Source: Saccostrea echinata (lineage: Eukaryota). From it: a stretch of 64,000 nt of DNA. Location of the stretch: the NCBI RefSeq assembly GCF_033153115.1, contig NW_026889805.1:6262001-6326000 (forward strand), read 5' to 3'. A program made the position numbers and the translations under genes. The number at the start of each line of letters is the position of its first letter. Position 1 is the first letter of the stretch. The notes beneath the pieces are model-generated. The model was not told the origin of the DNA, did no database searches, and saw only the letters and a program-made list of their open reading frames with translations. This document shows positions 1-12,957 of the stretch, piece by piece.

Positions 1-335
1 TCACTTCATTTTGTACAAATTTTTAACATCCAGTGATTTAAATACATTAAATGTATTTTCGGGGCTTGCCGGAAAGGCCTGAGAAGATGCAATTCGGGGA
101 AAAAATCTTACAGAATCTTCTTCTCAAGGACAACAAGATTATAAGTATATTGATAACCAAGCACCTCATTCAGTGCAGATTCAGTTTGCCAAAATCATGG
201 ACCCGATAGGTAATCTGGCATGATCATATTAATTTAGGAAAGGGTCATTTCAACTTCTTAAGAATATATAGCGAAAATATTCAAATAACAGCAGGAACAG
301 ATAGATTCAGGTGAGACTTGTGGCCCATGACCCCT
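1..335 (+). mobile_element. 3' remnant of a Cg170/HINE-like (Helentron-associated) repeat
   Basis: Contains aaaatcttcttctcaag monomer-like text and ends caggtgagacttgtggcccatgacccct, resembling the termini of the copies at 29087 and 32775; family assignment is from recall. Confidence 0.5.
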
Positions 336-386
336 TATTTTACAAAAAGAAATCCTGGAGGGAGATATAGTTTTTAGTGAGAAATT

Positions 387-419
<33 letters not shown>

Positions 420-1939
420 CAAACGTACATAAATAAATAATGCATACAATAGCAGATAAAAAGCAAAAACAGAGATTTAATGCATAGATTCCCCTACAAC
501 GTTTTGTTCCATATTTTAAATGTATGATATTGTTGGTTTCAAATTTAATTTAAATTTGTTTAACACAACCTGTTTTTAAGTCTACGTTATTCTTTTAGTC
601 TTTCGAAAACTTTAAATCCCAGTCACATTTCCAAAAATGACCAGTGGCCGAAGTTTTTTGAAACAAAATAGGATTCTTCGGGGGACAGTCGGCAGTTCAT
701 CGGGTGTTGTCTTGTCTGATTTTGAGTTCTTCTTTTTGCGTCAACCGGCCAATTTTGTGTCTGTCGGGACAAGTTATACTTTTTTCTGCGTTGGTGGCCG
801 ATTCCTTCAACATTGCTAGGATGGAAATTATAAGGCATCATTGTCAATATAAGGATCATTGTCCAACCATCGCAAGACAGTTTGTCATGTCGGTCGTAGG
901 TCGATCGACATTTCAGGATTGGGTTTTCATAAAATGTCAGCCGACGGTGAAAATCAAACAGCGGCTCAGCAAACGATGATCGGGTAAGGGTTGGCCTACT
1001 TAGCGATTTTTAACATGTAAAGGCATCGGTGTTCCTAGGAATTAAAAGGACATTGGCAAATTTCCAGGTTATCGTATAGGATTTTTCAAGAACTCTTGAG
1101 TAGGTTTAATTGTATTAAACAGGCTATATTCTGGATTGTTTAACCTACCAAGCCAACCTTCCTTTTTAGATTTTGTCATATCAGTGTTTTTGCAATTCTC
1201 AATGCATTTCCTACCGGTATGTAAAATGTTAATAAAAGGGACTTACATAATTTTTCATCATAATATTTCTCCAAAACCCACTTATTTCATTTAGTTTTTG
1301 TATTATATACATTACTGTATCTTCATTTCCTATGGCTTATAGATATTTTGACTGAAAATGTATATATAAGGCATGGACATACCAGCACCGATCTTTTTTT
1401 TTTTTTGGAGTTACTTCCCTTAACAGCTATAATTACATATTATTCATAATGGTCAAGAGAGTCAGACTGGTTGATTGATTCTATCATTTAATTGACTAAA
1501 TTGATTGAAACACATTGTTATAAAAATATTGGCATGGATTTATTTCAATTTTTATTCGTTGTTACTAAATTCTGCTTCCTTCATACAACATAGGAACTGA
1601 TCTCAGTCTGTCTACCTTTCAGCATATATCACATCTTTGCTCTTCCCAGCATACTGAGCACAACTATGGTAAATGACGACCTGTTGGTTCTTTGTCCCCT
1701 GAATACAATGTATAAAAAAGCCATTACTACTTTTCTTTCTTGCTGTATAGATGATTCTACCCATTGAAGGAATTACATGTGCTTTTGTTTACCTCTGTAA
1801 ACATTGGCTTTACATGTAATTAGTTTTCACCGTTTAGAGAATTCTACACGGGAGATCACTCTCAATCACTATTTCATAAGTAAAAAAACCCATGTATTAA
1901 ACCTTTTTTCTCCGGAAAACCTTGACTTGCCAATGTCCT

Positions 1940-3690
1940 TAAAGTGACTACTCTGCATCGCCCGATACTAGAATCGTCTGATTAAGTTTTTCAGCCGACG
2001 ATACGATAATAATTTGGTCGCCCGACCATCGGCTTAAATCATTTAATAAATGTGACCTAAGTATTACTCGAGGTTATTGATGCATAAAACTCTATATTTA
2101 GATATGAACAAACGTGTTTATCCTCTAACTGTTTGAAAAGAAAACTCTGCAATCTGTAATAAGTATAAATAGAATAATTAAATCCTGATCTTCCTACTCA
2201 ATTTGAGTCCTCTTACCAAATATTATTAGATACGTTTCCATAGTAACGAAATTCTTTCTATTTATCTATTTATTTTCATGAGGAATAATTGTTACATTGT
2301 AATGCTTTCTGTAGTGATTATTTGAGAGTCGTACACGTATCCCCGAAATCTGTGACGAGTGCCAAATCTTTCAATACAGCGGTTACAGAGAATGAATCCC
2401 ATACTGACAAAATTGCTGGCTATGTGCTAGGAATCGTTGCTATGGGTTAAATGAGTACAAAAATATTTTCCTAAAACAAACACGACAATGTCAATTTTTC
2501 TCAAACACATTTTTGTGACTTGATTTAGATAGATTTTACAGGTTTACATGAATATGTGTCAAAATTAAGTTTCTTTGCCTCGTTGCTATGGGGAAGTGTT
2601 GTTGTTGCTATGGAAATAAGTCAATGTACGATATTCAATAATTTGCTACAACATTTTATATTCTTTCCACACTCTCAGCATATACAATTATCAGCACATT
2701 ACTTGAATATTCAATTCCATGACAAACAATACGATCCCAAAGTCAAATCTGTTTTACAGGAGGCATAGTGCACATTGGTTGTCATGTACTGGGAATCGTT
2801 GCTATGGGTTGATTAAGTACCACAAAAACTTTAATAAGACCAACATTTCATTGTCAATTTTGCTCAACGACATTTTTCTGACTTAATTTGAATAAATTTT
2901 TAATAAGATTACATGAATACATGTCAAAATTGACTTTCTTTGCCCGTTGCTATGGAGAACCTGTTGTTGCTATGGAGATAAATAATTATACAATATTCAA
3001 TAATTTGCTAGGAAGTCCTTTAATTCTACTATTTTAAAATATGTTTTTCGTTTTTGTAGACAACAATTCATTTGATTTTTCCGTAAACTTTTTACATTGT
3101 TTCTCATTTATGTATCAAAATGCCCATATTTGTTGCTAGGCAACAAATTCAATTTTCAAAAAGGCCCGTGGATTTGACTTCAAATTCTAAAAGAGAAATT
3201 CATCTGCTTTTATGTGAAATACACGCAACAGCTGTATTAATCTGGCCTTTTTTTAAATTTGGCCTTGAATATTGCCAAAATCACGAAAAATGCTGAATCA
3301 GCAGAAATTGCAAAACATGTGTACCTTCCAATGGCTAGCACAGAACTAACTTAAGACCTAAATTTCTTTCATTGCATTATTAAAACACTTTAAATGTGTA
3401 TCTTTATTACACCAGTAATGGAGAATAATTTTCATGGTATTAAAATTTTATTTTAAGCCTTAAAGATAGGTGAATTTTTGTCCATCAACATGGAAAAAAT
3501 TGCCGGTTGCTAAGGAAATTTCTTTGGCCGGGTTTCCATGGTAACCATGACTCAAAACATTTTTCATTTTACATACATTGTTCATATTGCAAGAGAAATT
3601 TATGAGTGAAAAATCATCGAATTCTGAAAACCTTCATGTATCACTTTCATACAATTTTGTCTGAATTTTATGTGGACTGGTACTTAAAAA
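1940..3690. mobile_element. Probable non-autonomous DNA element rich in GTTGCTATGG/GTTTCCATGGTAAC motifs, with an internal ~360-bp duplication
   Basis: About 10 X-box-like motifs; 2420-2650 is repeated at about 2780-3010; TTAA-containing borders near 1940 and 3685; boundaries approximate. Confidence 0.45.
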
Positions 3691-4243
3691 TTGCCATGAT
3701 TTTCTGACCTTGACAATTCAATTCAATTGCAATTCAAGGAAACTGTTCAAGATATTTTTAACAACTTGTACACTGATACAAATTGGTGAAAGTAATTCAA
3801 CTGTGTCACAATTTTCTTATCTTGATCTTTCCTATGACCTAAAACTCACTATTCCTTGTTTTGCATTTACAGTATCTTGGTTGTTGTAAAGAAACTGCTC
3901 AAGATATTTTTATCAAATTTCATACACTGATACTAATTGGTGGGACAATTCAATTGTGTCATAATTTTCTGACCATGACATTTCCTATATGACCTTGAAC
4001 TTAACATTTCAAACATACTTAACTTACAATTTTCAACATACATGTGTGATAGAATGAACTTGGAAAAATGAGACTCATATAACTGTTAAATAGATACTAG
4101 GATGAATCAACATTACATACCAAGTTATAAAGGTCAACAACTGTACCAAAGTTATCAGTTCTGTATATAAAAAAAAATATGAAAAGTATTCATTCCTTCT
4201 TCCATCAATTCTTACTATAAATCAGATCAACCAAAAAAAAGTA

Positions 4244-4418
4244 CAGTTGAACTTCATTTTCTCGAACACAGATATCTTGAATACAATGGATAAATCAAAG
4301 TGATTGGGAAGTCCTAACCACATATTTCTGAAGTATTTTACCTTTGATATCTCGAACCCTCGGATATCTCGAAGTTTTTTCTCGGTCCCATCCAGTTCGA
4401 GATAACGAGGTTTGACTG
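4244..4418. mobile_element. Tc1/mariner-type MITE
   Basis: TA|CAGTTGAAC...GTTTGACTG|TA termini; same family as 11208-11382. Confidence 0.75.
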
Positions 4419-5703
4419 TACATTTCATATTGCAATACAAATGTGCCATTGGATGGAGCATTCATGCCCTATGGGCATATTCTTAGTTTGTAAACTGTTA
4501 TAGGATCTACTTTTCTACTCATCTTAATTCAATTTTTATTGTATTTCCTATGAAATATACATTTTCTTTACAATATGTTCGAAGTGTGCTTGCTGGTTGA
4601 ATAAAGGCCTACATGTAACTGCCAAAAAAAAAAAAAAAGAAAAAAAAAGAGAAATTCTAATTAAAGATTTTTTATCATTTATTTTTTTTTGTCAATAAGT
4701 AACAACCATTTTGTGAGTAGCCTGACAGCAAAGTCTCCACAGCACCACAGTAAAAACATGCATCAATTCCCAATCTTCTGATTAAGTTAGGTTACAGCAT
4801 TTATAAGAATCCATGGTGAAAGTGCACAGAATTCCTATCAACACACAAGTCCAAGACAAGTGACTCTCAGCAGGGCTAACACATTATCAATGAATTTTTA
4901 GTAATTCTCATATTCTAGACTAGCAAGTTTTTCAATATTGTGAAACTCATCAGGTTTACACTGACGGATCAGAATGTACTTTTTTCCATTTTCTTACATG
5001 GACAGCAATGTTGATTGCATTAATGCATCCTTCTATTTTACACTGAAGTTTTTATTTTAGTTTAAAACATCTTAACTCTGAACAGTTGTATAATTTTGAA
5101 GTAAATTGTAACTATATTCTCAACACTTGCAACATTACCAATACCTTACTTGATTTGAACATTACACTGAAGATACAAATATGAACGACATATTATATAG
5201 TTACATTATTACACAAACATTTTAACACAGATATAATATAAATTATAATTAACAAGTGTATTCCTTACATACTTAGGTCTTGTTTGAGTGTACATGTATT
5301 AAAAAAATTATCACAAATGTTTTGGCGCAATCAAGAAATAGCACAATCAGCATACCTTTATGTAGTACTACTGTACTAATTAATGCATTAGCTATTGCAC
5401 CGAAGGCACCAAAATGTTAATCTGATAAAAGGAAGTACATATACAGTAGTGTATAAATACTGATTTTTTAAAGAATTCCTATTAATTCTAATATATCTTC
5501 CCTGTAAAAACCAATCTCATTTAATAGCTCATCTGATAAGATGTGTAACAATCAATTAAACCTCTGATACTAAATTTGTACACATTTCTATTTATCCATA
5601 CACATTTAATTACATTAACACATATACGAGCACATTGCATTCACACAATTTAAAATGACAGAAAAATACCATTTACACTTAACTCTCTCACAGAAGAATG
5701 CTA

Positions 5704-8700
5704 TCAAATGTCCTTGACATCAGACAGACCTATTCCCATGGTGAATTTTCGCCAGTTGTAGGTCATGACCTTTTGTTTTCCTCCAAATGCATCTTTAATG
5801 AATCTTTCCCTGGGTGGTGGGGCTTTTTGCGAGTTTGGATTAGGAGCTGGAGGTGGGAGGGGCTGGACTCGGGCTCCATCATAACGTAGACTCTTTCTCT
5901 CTTTTAAGGCTACAGACACCTCCTCCTGAACCTATAATATTAAATACATTACAAACATACATGGCAAGAATAACATACAAGTACACTAAAATTACATACA
6001 GGTATACTTAAGAAATAAATTTGATTTTTGAGAATTCATTTGGATGTGAACTACAACGCTTCACGCCAGCATATTTCTTGAAGCACGTTAGCAAATACAG
6101 ATGCATCTTGGTGAGATTATTCAAAGCATGTATAACCATTTTTTGTCTTTGTTCATACCAGGCCTTTTCTTATTTCTTTTTTTTTTGCACTTCTTTGTTT
6201 ACTTAGAATACCTACATGTTTCTTTTCAATGGCAAGTTTTATGTTGAAGTCTTTCTCTTTCATACAGGCCCTGAGAGGAGGAAAGCAACCCCCTGGACGA
6301 ACAAGACTATCCTCCACAGTGGATACATCAGTATCAGCTTGGCTCCATGTTGTCTGGGCAGACTTTGGAGGGATGGAATGTGTGGCATGACTGTCCAGTA
6401 CTCCACTGTATAAACATAACAGAGATAACTGTACATTATAACATAAAATAAAAGAACAATTATTAATAGAGTGTAAGATTAAAATAAAATTCTTTAATCA
6501 ACTTTTCCTCTTGATATTTTGTACGATATTTACTGTGAAAATTTTTGTGCGGGTTTAATTTCCATTGTTTTCATGACATGAAGAGACCCATGAATTCATG
6601 TCCCCAAGTGTTAAAAATATTAAATACAGTAACATTTATGTCTACCAACTATGAAATTGAATCCCCCTTCAATCGGTATTTTTTCCGAGAAACCACGAAA
6701 TTTTGAACCCATGATTTTACAGTAACTTATAAAATTAAAACTTTCCAGACCTTCAAGTCTTACCTTTCTGTGAGAGCATCATAAGTGACTTTAGTCTGAG
6801 ATTTCTGAGGCTGAATATTGAGTATTGCTCGGATTGCTATCTTAGCTGGATCAGCTGCTCTGCTATTGACAACATCACCAATAGATTTCCCAGGAAACAA
6901 ACGAGATAAGATAGAGAGAACATCCTGATTGGTGGGGTCCAGTAAAAGCCCCATGATAAGGTCCAGTCTAGCACCATGGATATTCTATCATAAAATGAAG
7001 TGAAAAAAATATGTATAACACACTTATATGTATTTCTTTTGAAATGGAACCAAAGGAAGTTCAGATAAATACTTGTATATATATTATGGTAAAATTTTGT
7101 ATTTGCTTTTATTACATACTTATAATAAATACAGTTTTTTTTGCATATGTGATATGCCTGACGTCACAATAGTCATATCAGCCCTGCAGGGCTGATACGG
7201 ATTTATATCAAACCCCTGGTAAGTTATACCTTAAAAGACATTACTTGTGATATAATACATCTGTTAATTTAAAATTGCTGTTCTTTTAATATCAGTAATC
7301 AGTGCATAATTATATATTTTTATTTTTCTCAAGTTGATGTGTGCTGTATTTTATTACTAAGTATGTAATAAACATAATAAAACATACCCTTTTCCACATC
7401 ACATTCTGTATCAGCCCTTGGGCCTTCTGCCCTCTGGCTGATATTGGTGTCTCGGGCTGATACAGGATGTGATATGGAAAAGGGTATGTATTGTTCTCTA
7501 TTCAGTTACTAATAACATATTGTACATACCTCCAGCATGTATCGGCATCTGGACCTTGTAATATAGTACTGACCTACTTTTGGATTGTATTGTATTGCCT
7601 GTGTGAGTTTATCTTCAGCCTCCTTAAAAATACCACAAAAAAAACGTAAACATAAAACAGAACCACAGTTGTTTACCTGTCTAAAAAGACTGCAATAACA
7701 TGCCAGAATGACAAATATTAAGGTGGTGTATAACCTACTGAGTAATTCTTGTCTTGATAGGCAGTAACTCCAAACTCATTGTATATGACGGAGATACGAG
7801 ACTTAATATTGTCATCAGCTGGGTCCAGCTCCAGAGCCTGACAGTAGTCCTGTAGGGCAAAGTTAAAGTCATTCTGGCGGAAAAAGCAATCTAAAAAAAA
7901 ATCCGAAAATGAAATATACATGTAAAGCAAAGAGGATAACAATGAAAGAATTTTTGTAAATCAAATTTTGAATGGTTTAAAAAAACAAACCTCCTCTGTT
8001 GATATACAATCCTTTTTCACGCTTCTCTCCCTTGATTGCTTTATTTAGTAAAATAATGGCTTCTTCATAAAAGCCCTTAGTAAAACACTCTACAGCAAAG
8101 TCATTGTATGTCAACAACAGCTGCCTCTGGGAGTCAATGTAGACAGCTGACTCCTCATTGTGCTCACATTTGTCCAGAGCCAACAGGAAGTCATCGATAG
8201 CAGCGTTATAGTCGCCCAGTCGTCGATGTAGGGAGCCTCTGAAATGTATTAGGAGTACATGTATTATTTTAAAATATTCCTTTATTAAAATAGTTTTTTT
8301 TCATTTTTTCATAAAAGCAAAAAAAAATATTTTGAGTGTAAAATTATGGAAAGGAGTGGACGCGTATTATATGGTTTACGTAAAATTCTGCATTGGATTT
8401 TTATTCTATTTCATTGGTATAATGAAGGTTTATATATAACAAAATTCCTATTCTGATCATTAATTTGTTAACTAAAAGTTTTCATGTAATGATTGCATAC
8501 TTTTCTGTCACATTTTGCATTCCTTTTAACTACCTCCCCCCCCCCCCCCCCCCAAAAAAAAAAAAAAAAACAACCCCATAGAAATTAGGCACTGCATGTG
8601 AATAGGTAGTCACATAAAAGCATTTTATATTACCTTAAAACATGAAAATCGGCCACAACAGGATCAGTATCTATGGCAATAGAGATCTTCTGTAGAGCCT

Positions 8701-11134
8701 CTCTATGTTTACCCATCAGATTTAGTTGCATGGCCTCTCTCTTGTTGTCCTGGGCTCTCTTCTCCATTTTTTCCATCATTGCCTTGGCTTCCTGGTGATC
8801 AGGGTCAACTTGGATGGCATCTTTGATGTCATAATAGCAAAGGGTGGTCTAAAATGTAAAGATTTTGCATTCCAATTTACTATGTTAAACTTTGTTATAA
8901 TATTGATATGGATTACATGTATAATTGTATATACTACTATGGAAAAAGCACTTAATTTAATTGATCAGTAATCATTTGAAGAAATTTTCTAAAAGAGTTT
9001 AGTATTATTGCATGAAGCCTTACATTTCTAAACATCTCATGTAACCTTGCTCGCATGATATACAGATCAGGGTTTTCATTGTCTGTCTCCAGTCTCTTGT
9101 TGACTAAAGCCAAACATTCACCATGTCTATGTAGAGCTGCCAGGCAGGTCATACTAAAATACAGAGATTAAACAGGATTAGCAACCAGAGGAAAAAAAAA
9201 AAGATTTTAGAGCAAAATAGTAGGTTGTGTATCCACAAGTGTTAGACAAGCAGTGAAAATAAATATAAGGTGAGCATATTCAACTTGTAAGCTACTGAAT
9301 ATCAGTAGATTGTTAAAGATACTTTACAACTTAATATCCACCTTCTGATGTGGTACCCAGTGTTGTCAGGGTTCATTTCAGCTGCTCTCGCAAATGACTC
9401 TAAGGCTTCAGGATATAGTCTCTGATCAAATAGTGTCTGTCCCATAAAATAATACAAAAATGCCAGTCTGGAATAGTAATCCACATTGTCTGGATCCAGT
9501 AAACAGGCTTTCTTGTAATTCAATATGGCAGACTGGAAGTCACAGAGTTGTATGTAAGCCTCGGCTTTCTCTACGTAATAGAGGGGGTCAGTTCGGAGTC
9601 CCATTGCTTTAGAAATGCTCTTTAAAACCTGCTCAAACTTCCCTTCCTCTTTAGCTTTCATAGCATCATTGAAACTAAAATCAACATATCTGGGTAAAAA
9701 TTCACATCTATCATCCTATTTTGAATTTTGGTATATTTAAAAAAAAAACTCTCTTTTAATATTAATGTACAAAAAGTAATATTTTGGAAACACTTTGGAC
9801 ATGTACACCTACTGTTCTTGTGCTCTTTGATCTACAATCTCCTGCATCCCTGGGGAGTACTGAGCCACTGCCCCCCAGTCCTCAGTTTGGAAAATACTTT
9901 TCCCTTTTGCCTTTGCTTTTTGTAATGTTTCCTCACTGACTGCAGTACTGAACAGTCCTTCCTTGTTCTGTCAAATAAAACATGTGATCAAGTCATTTAC
10001 CAGTATATGGAATTTGATTTTCAGTTTGCAATGATCGCAATTCAACACAATGGTATTTCTATTATTATGTACTTGTAGATTATCAAATACTATTTTCTTT
10101 ATATTTTTTTCTTAATTGAAGCTTTTGTAATGTAAAATATATATGTGTCCAAGCTAAAACCAAATCAAAGTATTTATAGTTGCAGCATTACAAGAAAAAA
10201 GAGTGCTATTTACAAAGCTGCAAATATTGCTTCCTCAAAAAAATTACAAATACCATTAAAGTAACATAATTAAAAAAGTTAGGACACAGGTTTTGAAATG
10301 TGCAAGGAATGTGGCAAGTCTTTAGATACTTCGATTTTTTTCACAAACATTTCAATAGATGTATCAGGACTGCATTGAGGGATCACTTGGTCAAACTGAT
10401 TTAAAATAATTACACATTATACAGTGAGATAAAATAAGACACAGGTTGTGCAGTTAAATGTACATTTACATTTTTTTGTGCCCACAGGGGTGATTCAAAC
10501 CTGTCCAGTGTATGTATGCCCTCTTACCGTCAAAACTGAAAGTATATCTTTCTCTCCCTGAAATTGCCATTTGGAAATTAATAAGTTCAAGAAATTTTTT
10601 CCATGCTTTCAAGTTAATAGGAATTTTTGAATAATTAACACTACTTTATCCTTTTGTTACCTAACCTGCTAAGTACAAAAATGAGTGAGATAAACAATAA
10701 CAAACAATTACCGGCATCCCTGAATTGTTGGAATCTTCATCAGTACCATCCGTGCTCTCTCCTTTACTGCGGATCTGTAAGGAATCTTGAGTGGTTTCCA
10801 CATCTGTTGTAACCATGGTACCCTCATTGTCCGTCAGAGCAAACGTGGAGGACTCTTCCACAATCTCCTTCATGGCATCCTCAGTCCTCTTATTCTGCTC
10901 CTCTTCAAACTTAGAAGCAGATTTGTGGAACTGATGTTCCAAAGATGGATAGAATTGATGCACATTGATGAGTTTGGGATCTGGTTTGAATTCTGACAAG
11001 GTAATCTCAAATGGGCTTTGGTCTGAAGCAACAGTTCCCTCTCTTACTTGGTCTTCTGTAGCATTCTGGTCCCCAGCTTCACTTTTGTCATCCAAAAACT
11101 CCTTGTTTGGAGAATTTTCTGTTGATTCAGCCAT
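5704..11134 (-). CDS. TTC16: Tetratricopeptide repeat protein 16 (about 795 aa). Exons 11134-10712, 9967-9813, 9674-9342, 9153-9024, 8848-8634, 8238-7991, 7890-7739, 7622-7530, 6984-6764, 6405-6216, 5931-5704
   Basis: All introns GT-AG and phase-consistent (2388 nt). Peptides AEAYIQLCDFQSA, QRQLLLTYNDFAVEC, EKGLYINRGDCFF and LFPGKS match recalled TTC16 motifs. Confidence 0.92.
7383..7488. repeat. ~105-bp intronic hairpin (MITE-like)
   Basis: catacccttttccacatcacattctgtatcagccc pairs with gggctgatacaggatgtgatatggaaaagggtatg. Confidence 0.7.
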
Positions 11135-11207
11135 TGTTTAGCTTTCATCCAACACAAATCACCTAAAAAATGTGTTTAGATATAAAAGTAAATCATCAAA
11201 TATGATA

Positions 11208-11382
11208 CAGTTGAACTTTGGTATCTCGAACATGGATATCTCGAATATCATGGATATGTCTAAGTCATTTTGAAGTCCCAACTGCTTATTCCTTAAGTAT
11301 TTTACCCTGGATATCTAGAATTCTCGGTTATCTCGAAGTATTTTCTTGGTCCCTTCAAGTTTGAGATAACAAGGTTTGACTG
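11208..11382. mobile_element. Tc1/mariner-type MITE (second copy)
   Basis: TA|CAGTTGAACTT...AAGGTTTGACTG|TA; internal gatatctcga motifs shared with the 4244 copy. Confidence 0.75.
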
Positions 11383-11848
11383 TATTTGTTTCATTGTGAG
11401 CATGGTAAGTAGCACAAAGTGAACTACATAGATTTGCACAGGAAAAATGACACAACTGGGTAATACAATGGGTCAAAATAATCTATGAAGATAAGACAAC
11501 TTCATTTGCAATCAATGAATATTGTAACTTGCAATTGTGCAAGAGAGGTCAAAAGATGTCTGCAAATGTTCAGAAAAATGTTCTCTCTAGCATCAATGCA
11601 ATGTTTTGGAAAGCTTTGCTTAAGGTGTTGGGTCAGGTTTTTCAATTAAAAACTTCAGTGTAAATAATTCACGGTAATTTAACTTATGAAGAATATGTCA
11701 AATTAACCACAACCCTAATGACATAGAGCTGGGAAATGTATGGGGGGATCTGCCCTTAAGCAGCTGTCAGTCCTGTGCATACATATAGATCTTTATATAA
11801 AATCAAATGAAATGGGCAGACTGAAAGTGAAGAGTTTTCTTATTTAAC

Positions 11849-12570
11849 ACTAGAGTGCCGATTATTATATGATATCAGCTTCCATGTAAATCTGTACTCA
11901 TCTCAAATGACACTTTCACGACAATTGCGATTCTGCTTTTTTGCAAGGCAAATTGAATTAATTAAATGATGTTTGTTTGACGTTTAATTGCATTACGTCA
12001 TATTTCATCATATATATCAATTTCAAAACGCTAACGTTATATTCTTACAGTAAATGCAAATGCATGGGTGTTACAAGGGGGGTAACTGTATCTGATCTAA
12101 TTCCATGTATTGACACGACTGTATATGCATTTGTTGTAGTAACATTATAGCGAGTGAGGAAATTTTAAAGCGCCACTCATCACTGCGAGCTCTTAAAGGA
12201 ATGCCTGGGCGAAGAGAAAATTCGGACTTTGCACATTGATCCAAACGAATTTTTTTCCGCAGTAACCTATGGTCCCATAATGCTTTGTGAATTGCATCCG
12301 CTGCAAACTATGCTCTCGCGGTAGCAACAAAAGTTCAACAAAAAATTAAATTGATTTAATAAATATTGCAGTAAAAACAGTAGATTAAACATTCTTCATT
12401 TAAACTAGCACTGTTCAGACTTCGATTTGGTAATGCAACTTACATATACGACGTCATGTGACGTCAGTCTAGAAGTACCAAATGTCACGTGCGGTTTGAA
12501 GAGACAGATATAAATTAAAACTGAATAGAAATCTGCGCTCGCCCTAACGGTCGCGCCGTCAACATATTAT
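11849..12570. mobile_element. Probable Helitron/Helentron-type non-autonomous element in the TTC16 5' intron
   Basis: CpG-richer block starting actagagtgccg and ending in the GC hairpin gcgctcgccctaacggtcgcgc; family is inferred. Confidence 0.4.
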
Positions 12571-12721
12571 TGTCCATGTAATAAGATCTGGTTGTTCAAC
12601 ATTCTTTGGGTGTTTTATTGAAAAAGATTTATAAAAATTCTACACAATCATATGACATGCCCATGCACTGAGCATCTTACTCTATGATATCATGAGAACA
12701 AACCATCAAATTTCTATTTAC

Positions 12722-12957
12722 CAAGGCTGTTCAAAATCACATCTCTACTTTGTGTCGGTCAATATTTTTTGTAGCATGGCCGCAGCCATATTTGTTTACG
12801 AAAATTGCTAAGGAAGACTGCGCATGCTTTTAACACCTTATCAAAGCATAACGCGGATTGGGTAAAAAGCCAAAATCATCCAATGAAAACAATTTTAACA
12901 TTTCGAATGTCGGGAGTCAATGTAAACTATCATGGCTTCTAAGTCCGAAATATAAGA
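12722..12957. promoter_or_regulatory. Bidirectional promoter region between the TTC16 non-coding first exon and the + strand gene
   Basis: Minus-strand donor GTAAAT at 12721 and acceptor at 11163-11164. CCAAT boxes in both orientations (12857-12861, 12880-12884), X-box-like ttgctaaggaagac (12805-12818), YY1-like gccatattt; locally CpG-rich. Confidence 0.6.
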
